From Acidimicrobiia bacterium (lineage in GTDB: Bacteria > Actinomycetota > Acidimicrobiia > Spongiisociales > ZC4RG35), in the NCBI GenBank assembly GCA_965203555.1, contig CBDBCY010000004.1, positions 2,240,001 through 2,304,000 of the forward strand: a stretch of DNA of 64,000 nucleotides, in the 5' to 3' direction. Below the pieces are notes generated by a model. That model ran no database searches, had not been told where the DNA came from, and saw only the letters and a program-made list of their open reading frames with translations. A program made the translations under genes and the position numbers. The number at the start of each line of letters is the position of its first letter. The first letter of the stretch is position 1. Shown here piece after piece: positions 57,529 to 64,000 of the stretch.

Positions 57529-58770
57529 TTAATGCAAAGAACTGGTCGGTCGGATTCCCAGACGGTGGGCGCCCAGCGCTCCGAATGCCTCGACAGTTCT
57601 TGACCATGAACCCTTCAAAGCGGCTTGGCGCCAACGTTCCAGGTCTGGATCGAGCAGCCGGTCGGCCACCGGCACGACCTGCATTACGGTACGGTCCACC
57701 CAGGTGGGGGTGTAGGTCATGTCCCTAACCGCCAAGCCATCGGGACTGTCATCGATTACCACATGCAGGATGGCGCCATCCCCGCTTGATGGTGTACAGC
57801 ACGTGGGAGTCTGGTTGGAGAGAAAGTTCCCCAGTCCGTAGACCACCCACATGTCATCGATCCGATCGACGGGCTGGATGACATGGGCGTGATGGCCTAT
57901 CACAAGGTCCACCGTCCCCTTCTCGGCAATCGCCTGGGCGACCTGGCGTTGTCGGGAGTCGGGCATACGTCGGTACTCGGTCCCCCAGTGCAGGGAGACG
58001 ATGATGAACTCTGCCCCCTCATTCCGGGCAGTCGCCGCGTCGGCGGCGATGCTCTCCACGTCGATGAGGTTGACCCACCAGTCCTCTCCCCTGGGCAGCT
58101 TCAATCCGTTCAAACCATGGGTGTAGGACAAGTGAGCCAGGTGAATGCCGTTGACCTGATAATGGGCGGCGCCCGGGGATTGTGGGCCGGTGGCCGTCCC
58201 GGCGAAGCCCAGACCGTGTTCCTCCATGGCGCCGATGGTTTGCGCCACCCCGGCGGTGCCTTGGTCCATGGAGTGATTGGAAGCCAGAGAACACCCGTCC
58301 CATCCGGTCTGGGCTATCGCTTCCACCAACTCCGATGGGGTGCGAAATCGCGGGTAGCCCCGCGGGCTTTGCGACGAAATGACAGTTTCCAGGTGACAAA
58401 TGGCCAGGTCGGCGGCCTGCAGCTTCGGAGCGACCTGCTCGAACATCGGCGAGAAGTCGTATTGGCGGTCACGGTACGTTTCCGTTGGTTGGTACATCTC
58501 CGGGGGTTGAACGATGGATGCCAGGCTTGCGGGGTCATGGGCGGTTCGAGCGTAATGTCGGGCGAACCTGATGACCCGTAGATGCGGCAGAATGTCGCCG
58601 GTGAAGGCTAGCTCAACCCGGCGGGACGACGGGGTGGAGGACGGCGCCTCTCGCTCTTCAGCAGGGGACGTTCCGCACAGCATGAGGACCGCAAGGGCCA
58701 GAGCACCCACGGCCATGCACCTCCGAGGGGACCGTGTCGAGGGTCTCAGTTGAACGGGACGTTCGACCAT
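57529..58770 (-). CDS. CapA/PgsA family metallophosphoesterase
   Basis: FTGD, CHLET, ASNHSMD, SLHWGTEY, GHHAH, YGLGNF. Start uncertain. Confidence 0.88.
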   Translation of the reverse strand: MVERPVQLRPSTRSPRRCMAVGALALAVLMLCGTSPAEEREAPSSTPSSRRVELAFTGDILPHLRVIRFARHYARTAHDPASLASIVQPPEMYQPTETYRDRQYDFSPMFEQVAPKLQAADLAICHLETVISSQSPRGYPRFRTPSELVEAIAQTGWDGCSLASNHSMDQGTAGVAQTIGAMEEHGLGFAGTATGPQSPGAAHYQVNGIHLAHLSYTHGLNGLKLPRGEDWWVNLIDVESIAADAATARNEGAEFIIVSLHWGTEYRRMPDSRQRQVAQAIAEKGTVDLVIGHHAHVIQPVDRIDDMWVVYGLGNFLSNQTPTCCTPSSGDGAILHVVIDDSPDGLAVRDMTYTPTWVDRTVMQVVPVADRLLDPDLERWRQAALKGSWSRTVEAFGALGAHRLGIRPTSSLH

Positions 58771-58994
58771 CGCAGTCTCATATGTGAGCAAATTACCGGC
58801 TCCAGGGCCACTTTGCCCCGATATGGACCCGAGATTTGTCTTCAAGTTGCCCAGTGGCCCTGAAACGGGCTGCATCTTCACCACCGCGGGTATGTAGCCT
58901 GCTGTGCGACAGACACTTTTTAGCACGATGACCACAGGGGCGGCGCCGGGCAACGGAGACCGCCTGCCGAAACCGACACAAGGGGAGTGAAGCC

Positions 58995-60386
58995 ATGGAG
59001 TACCGGTCCGAGAGAGACTCGATGGGGGAGGTGCTGGTTCCCGCCGAGGCCTATTACGGCGCTTCCACCCAGCGGGCGGTGGAGAATTTTCCCATCTCCG
59101 GCACGGGGTTCGAGAGACGGTTCATCTGGGCGCTGGGTCTGATCAAGAGATCGGTGGCGGAGGCTGCGTCGGAGGAGGGGCATCTCGACTCCCGGATCGC
59201 CGGTGCAGTGAAGCAGGCAGCTTCGGAAGTCATGGAGGGCAACTGGGACGATCACTTTCCGGTGGATGTCTTCCAGACCGGTTCAGGCACTTCCACCAAC
59301 ATCAATGCCAACGAGGTGATCGCCGGCCGAGCCACCGAATTACTGGGAGGACCTCGACAGGAACGACTGGTGCATCCCAACGATCACGTCAACTTCGGAC
59401 AGTCGTCCAACGACGTCATCCCCACCGCAATTCATGTGGCGGCGGCCGCGGCCATTCATGAGTCCCTGCTCCCTTCCTTGGAGACATTGTCGAATTCACT
59501 GACCTCCAAGTCGGATGAGTTCTCCGGGCTGGTGAAGTCGGGTCGTACCCATTTGATGGACGCCACTCCGGTGACCTTGGGACAGGAGTTTTCCGGCTAC
59601 GCGGCAGCAGTGAGCAAGGGCGCGCGGAGGGTGAGGAAGGTTCTGCCGGAGTTGGAGGAGTTACCTCTGGGTGGCACGGCGGTGGGCACCGGGATCAACT
59701 GTCCCGATGGTCTGGCGGCTGCCGCCATCTCGATGATTGCCGAAAACTCGGGGATACCTTTCACTGAGGCGGCCAATCACTTCGAGGCACAGGCCGGAAA
59801 GGATGCGACCGTCAATGCTTCGGGATCTTTGAAGACGGTGGCTGTGTCCCTGTTCAAGATCGCCAACGATCTGCGTTGGTTGTCGTCGGGGCCCGTCACC
59901 GGGATTGCCGAGATACGCCTACCGGCGCTGCAGCCGGGATCTTCGATCATGCCCGCCAAGGTCAATCCGGTGATTCCTGAGATGGTCATGCAGGTGGTGG
60001 CACAGGTGATCGGCAATGATTCAGCCATCACCTGGGCGGGCGCCAACGGCAATTTCGAGTTGAACGTGATGATGCCGGTTATCGCCCGCAATCTCCTCGA
60101 GTCCATAAGGCTGCTGGCCAACGCCGCCCGGGGGCTGGCCCGAAAGTGCGTGGACGGGATCGAGGCCGACTCGGAAAGAGCGAGGAGGTTGGTCGAACGA
60201 AATGTGATAGTTGTCACTGCGCTCAATCCCCACATCGGCTATGACGCCGGGGCTTCGGTCGCCAAGGAAGCCTTCGCCACCGGTCGCACCGTCCGGGAGG
60301 TCGCCCTGGAACGCGGCCTACTGACCGAAAGGGAATTGGACGAGATGCTCGACTTGCAGAAGATGACCGAGGGAGGTCTTTCCTAG
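58995..60386 (+). CDS. fumC: Class II fumarate hydratase
   Basis: [37 protein letters not shown]. Confidence 0.93.
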   Translation: MEYRSERDSMGEVLVPAEAYYGASTQRAVENFPISGTGFERRFIWALGLIKRSVAEAASEEGHLDSRIAGAVKQAASEVMEGNWDDHFPVDVFQTGSGTSTNINANEVIAGRATELLGGPRQERLVHPNDHVNFGQSSNDVIPTAIHVAAAAAIHESLLPSLETLSNSLTSKSDEFSGLVKSGRTHLMDATPVTLGQEFSGYAAAVSKGARRVRKVLPELEELPLGGTAVGTGINCPDGLAAAAISMIAENSGIPFTEAANHFEAQAGKDATVNASGSLKTVAVSLFKIANDLRWLSSGPVTGIAEIRLPALQPGSSIMPAKVNPVIPEMVMQVVAQVIGNDSAITWAGANGNFELNVMMPVIARNLLESIRLLANAARGLARKCVDGIEADSERARRLVERNVIVVTALNPHIGYDAGASVAKEAFATGRTVREVALERGLLTERELDEMLDLQKMTEGGLS

Positions 60387-60814
60387 CTGTCTCCCAGAGC
60401 CTGCTCCAAGGTTATCCAGGGCAGGGTGGCGCATTTGATCCTGACCGGATAGCGTCTCACCCCGGCCAGGGCGATCAGGTCGCCGAGGTCTGCATAACCG
60501 TTTTCGCTGGAGTCGGCGGGCGCCTGCATCAGCCCGTGGAACCGATTCGACAGACCCAGCACATCCGGGATGGGATGACCGGAAACGGCCTCACCCATCA
60601 AAGAGGCGCTTGACTGGCTGATCGAACAACCCTTTCCGGTCACGGAGATGGCGCTGACCCGTCCCTCCCGCAGTTGCAATTGGACTTTCACCTCGTCACC
60701 GCACAGGGGGTTGGCGCCTTCGGATGACACGTCGGGATCGGACAGGGGAGTCCGGTAACGTGGATTACGGTAGTGATCCAAGATCACTTGGCGGTAGACC
60801 TCTTGCAGAGCCAT
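60383..60814 (-). CDS. sufU: SUF system NifU-family protein SufU
   Basis: [32 protein letters not shown]. Confidence 0.93.
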   Translation of the reverse strand: MALQEVYRQVILDHYRNPRYRTPLSDPDVSSEGANPLCGDEVKVQLQLREGRVSAISVTGKGCSISQSSASLMGEAVSGHPIPDVLGLSNRFHGLMQAPADSSENGYADLGDLIALAGVRRYPVRIKCATLPWITLEQALGDS

Positions 60815-60850
60815 TTCTCTATAGGTTAGAAAAGCTGATCGGCCCTGTTG

Positions 60851-61600
60851 CTAGCGAAAGGATTCGTACCCTTGCGACTCGAGCTGGGCGGTTAGTTCCG
60901 CGCCACCTGTCTTTACCAGTTTTCCTCTTACCAATACGTGTACGTAATGGGGGATGACGTAGTCCAGCAGACGCTGGAAGTGGGTGATTATCAGAAACCC
61001 CCGTTCGGGGCCGATCATGCGTTTGACTCCGTCGGACACCGTACGCAGCGCGTCAATATCCAGACCGGAGTCGGTTTCGTCCATGATCGCCAGTTTGGGT
61101 TCGAGCACGGTCATCTGCAGTATCTCGTTCCGTTTACGCTCCCCACCCGAAAAGCCTTCGTTGAGATAGCGGTCTGCGAAGTTACCGGGAATGCCGAGTT
61201 GAGCCATGGCGTCCATCACCTTGAGGCGAAGCTCGATTATCGAATAATCGATCCCGGTGCGATTGGAAAGAGCCTGGCGGAGGAACTGCACGACAGGCAC
61301 GCCGGGGATCTCGGTGGGATGCTGGAAAGCCATGAAGATCCCCCGGTTGGCCCGCTTGTCGGGTGCGTCCCCGGTGATGTCCTCTCCGTCGAAATAGATC
61401 GCCCCGTCCGTTACCTGCAACCCCGGGTGGCCCATCAGCACTGAAGCCAGGGTGGTCTTGCCGGACCCGTTGGGGCCCATCACCGCATGGATCTCGTTGT
61501 AGTGGACGTCCAGGTCGATGCCGCGGAGGATGGCTGTGTCATCGGCCGACACATGAAGGTTCTCAATGCGGAGCAGAGGGGTTTCGGACACGATCAACAC
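60851..61600 (-). CDS. sufC: Fe-S cluster assembly ATPase SufC (copy 2)
   Basis: MGPNGSGKTT, AFQHP, RYLNEGFSGGERKR, MDETDSGLDID, ITHFQRLL. Confidence 0.94.
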   Translation of the reverse strand: MLIVSETPLLRIENLHVSADDTAILRGIDLDVHYNEIHAVMGPNGSGKTTLASVLMGHPGLQVTDGAIYFDGEDITGDAPDKRANRGIFMAFQHPTEIPGVPVVQFLRQALSNRTGIDYSIIELRLKVMDAMAQLGIPGNFADRYLNEGFSGGERKRNEILQMTVLEPKLAIMDETDSGLDIDALRTVSDGVKRMIGPERGFLIITHFQRLLDYVIPHYVHVLVRGKLVKTGGAELTAQLESQGYESFR

Positions 61601-61688
61601 ACTAATGAAGAGAAGAGAGCAATGAAAAACCCGTTTATGAACGCCTCAAAATATTGCAAAGGCCCATTCAGGCGTTATTGTCCGACCC

Positions 61689-63230
61689 ATGACCGATTTG
61701 TCTGTACGGAAAGCGGGTGAGGAGCCCAAGATTCCTCCCTTTCCGGCCGCCTTGTTGGGGTACCAGCGCAGAGCTGTCGATCGGTACCTGAAGGGCCTCA
61801 TTGAATCCAAGGCTACGGGGTCACAAGTACTTGGATTGCGTCCCGACGCCATTCTCCCCGCCGAAAATTTGAACCGCTACCAGGACTTGGGGAGGGAGAT
61901 AGGAGAACTCCTTTCGGCCGTTCAGCAAACAGCGACCGCGATTAAGGAACAGGCGGAAATGGACGCCGCCCAGTGGCGGGGAGAAGCCACCATCGAAGTG
62001 CAAAAGAGAATTGCCGAGGCGCAGACCGCCGCCGAGGAACTGCGGGCAGCTGCCTGGGAAGTCTCCACTCAGATGATCGTCCAGATCCAAGAGGTGGAGA
62101 GGGACGCGTATCGAAGCATACGAAAGCACTCCCAGGAGGTCCTCGCCGAGGCCGAGAACGAATCTCACCGTATCCGAGAGGACGCCCGACGTAGAGCAGA
62201 AGCTATTCGAAGCAACGCTCACGTGGAGTCACTGGAGGTGGAGGAGCGGACGAGAAACCTCTGCGATCAGATGATTGAGTCCGCCGAACAGCAGGTCTCC
62301 GCCATTCAGGAACGAGTATTGGCCCTTGAGCGTCATCGCGACCAACTTCTGGAAGAGATCGGGGGGATTCGTTCGGGGGTGGCGCCTATTGGAGTGAAGC
62401 TGGTTGACCAGACCGGTGGCCTAATCTACCCGTCCACTCCCGCCGAGGAGGCGCCCAGCCATGTGACTCCTCAACACGAAATGTCGGGACTGGTGAAAGT
62501 CATCTCTCCAACCGGAGAGTCTGAGGACGTCTCTCCCCAAGACTCCCCTGGCAAGACCTCTGAACAAACCACCACGGGTTCCACCGAGGAGAAAGTGAAA
62601 GAAGAGCCGACAAAGCAACTCGACAGTCCTGTCCACCCGGACTTTGAAGATCTCTTCGCGTCCCTTCGCGAGATATCCGTTCCTGTGCCCGGGCCTGCTG
62701 TCGGGGGTACAGAGGCATCCCGACCTCCGATGGTGACCCACATGGGAAAGGACGAGGCCGTCGAATTGAGGGAGGCGATGTTGCTTCCCATCTCCAACCA
62801 GTTTGTCCGCCTTTTCAAGAGGCTGCTGACCGAGGAGCAGAATCGAGTACTGGAAGGGATAAGAACCAGCCAGTTGAACTGGGGTGAGGAGGAAGTCAGC
62901 AATCGACTGCGGTCTCATCTGGAGATGCTGGCCGAACAGAGTTGGCAGGCGGGCCACGGCGCCGCGGAGCGGATGGCCGGCCGGAGCATTCCCAGGCCAG
63001 GCATGGCTTTGGAGGAAGAACCAGGCTTTACTTCCCGGTTGGTGGCCGATGTGAATGAGGCCATAGACCTCCAGGGTGAGGAGGGCGACACCCCGAGGAG
63101 CCTGATGGTGTCCCGGATGTTCCGGGTCTGGAGGAGCGAAAGATTGGAACGCCACTTGCAGGAACTGAGCGAAAAGTATTACGAGCAGGGCTTGGCGGAA
63201 TCCCTGGAAGCGGTGGGCGCCTCCAAATGA
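61689..63230 (+). CDS. DivIVA-domain coiled-coil protein
   Basis: LLGYQRRAVDRYL DivIVA-like motif, long A/E/R-rich coiled coil, low-complexity linker, helical C-terminal domain. Confidence 0.65.
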   Translation: MTDLSVRKAGEEPKIPPFPAALLGYQRRAVDRYLKGLIESKATGSQVLGLRPDAILPAENLNRYQDLGREIGELLSAVQQTATAIKEQAEMDAAQWRGEATIEVQKRIAEAQTAAEELRAAAWEVSTQMIVQIQEVERDAYRSIRKHSQEVLAEAENESHRIREDARRRAEAIRSNAHVESLEVEERTRNLCDQMIESAEQQVSAIQERVLALERHRDQLLEEIGGIRSGVAPIGVKLVDQTGGLIYPSTPAEEAPSHVTPQHEMSGLVKVISPTGESEDVSPQDSPGKTSEQTTTGSTEEKVKEEPTKQLDSPVHPDFEDLFASLREISVPVPGPAVGGTEASRPPMVTHMGKDEAVELREAMLLPISNQFVRLFKRLLTEEQNRVLEGIRTSQLNWGEEEVSNRLRSHLEMLAEQSWQAGHGAAERMAGRSIPRPGMALEEEPGFTSRLVADVNEAIDLQGEEGDTPRSLMVSRMFRVWRSERLERHLQELSEKYYEQGLAESLEAVGASK

Positions 63231-63387
63231 CTGATTGAAATGAGCGGTTCTCTGTCCAACACGGAGGCAGGCAAGATCGGGTCGTGACCATCTTTGGCGT
63301 TGTCGGCATTGATCGTGTTACGCAGCCGTTTTTGGTTTATCGACTCCCTCCCGCATAGCTTTGCGCCATTGCTAAGGTGGGTGAGGG

Positions 63388-64000
63388 TTGGTCCGCAGGT
63401 TGCTATCGGGGTTCTTGGTCGTCGTGGCGTTGGTCGCCTGTGTCGAGGCGGAAGAGTCGGTGCAAGTCCCGAACCGGTCCTCTGCGGGGGCCGAGCAGCA
63501 ATCAAAGACAGGACCAGAGGCGGGGGTGACAGACTCTCCCGGCTCCGTTGCCGGTGAGGGAGTCGTAGAACAGGAAGAACTGGCGGAGCAGGTTGCAGGG
63601 GAACAGGATCTTCTCCTGGTAACTGGTTCCGGAGGGGAAGTGACGGTGATGAGACCTGATGGAAGGCCGGTCCGAGCGCTTCGAGCCTCCACTGGAATCG
63701 GAGGACCGAGCCTGCAGCCCACCTGGGCGCCGGTCTCGTTGAAGGGTCGTCACCGGGTGGCATGGACCGAACTCGCCGAGGACGGGACGTTTCACATCAC
63801 GCTGGCCGATGTGGTGGACGGCAGCATGACAAGACACGAGTCGCCGATAGCCCCTTTCTACTACTACTGGAGTCCTGATGCCACACTGCTGGGGTTCTTG
63901 GGTCAGAATGCTTTTTCCCCGTTGCAGATGGGGGTGGTGGACGTACAACGTGACACATTGGAATTGGTTGGCGAAGGCCGGCCTTTCTACTTCGATTGGC
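63388..64000 (+). CDS. Lipoprotein with TolB/PD40-like beta-propeller, truncated by the window edge
   Basis: Open frame from TTG 63388: MVRRLLSGFLVVVALVAC lipobox, then QPTWAP, PFYYYWSPD, PFYFDW. Confidence 0.72.
   Translation, partial: MVRRLLSGFLVVVALVACVEAEESVQVPNRSSAGAEQQSKTGPEAGVTDSPGSVAGEGVVEQEELAEQVAGEQDLLLVTGSGGEVTVMRPDGRPVRALRASTGIGGPSLQPTWAPVSLKGRHRVAWTELAEDGTFHITLADVVDGSMTRHESPIAPFYYYWSPDATLLGFLGQNAFSPLQMGVVDVQRDTLELVGEGRPFYFDW

Noticed and set aside
57529-58770. Poly-gamma-glutamate capsule locus
   Set aside because: No capB or capC is present, and stand-alone CapA-domain proteins are common.

Overview
High-GC bacterial DNA, most consistent with an actinobacterium. Acidimicrobiia-like and possibly marine is inference, from the Asp-type MurA, several LLM/F420-type enzymes, suf genes with a Rieske ferredoxin, a DivIVA-like protein and acidic lipoprotein binding proteins. 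Both flanks are mostly housekeeping: rpiB fragment, murA, nfu, meaB, menAB, serA-DUF1015, gltB and sufB on the left; udgB, sufD-Rieske-sufC, NCS2 permease, capA, fumC, sufU, a second sufC and a divIVA-like gene on the right. The left flank also has an MNT-HEPN pair and a DUF4268-type nuclease. About 31 kb (20.8-52.2 kb) of catabolic genes lies between sufB and sufD, in two modules. Module A has three luciferase-like oxidoreductases, a cyclic amidohydrolase, an M20 protein with substituted metal ligands, an alpha/beta hydrolase and an NMT1/THI5-type ABC importer, suggesting catabolism of an unknown N-heterocycle. Module B has an N,N-dimethylformamidase large-subunit homologue co-transcribed with a sugar ABC importer, plus an iolE/iolD cluster lacking iolB and iolC, suggesting catabolism of an N-acylated aminocyclitol or amino sugar. 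The module B binding protein is an apparently perfect in-frame 977-bp tandem duplication. No rRNA, tRNA, CRISPR array or transposase was recognised. All calls come from motif reading, without database searches.
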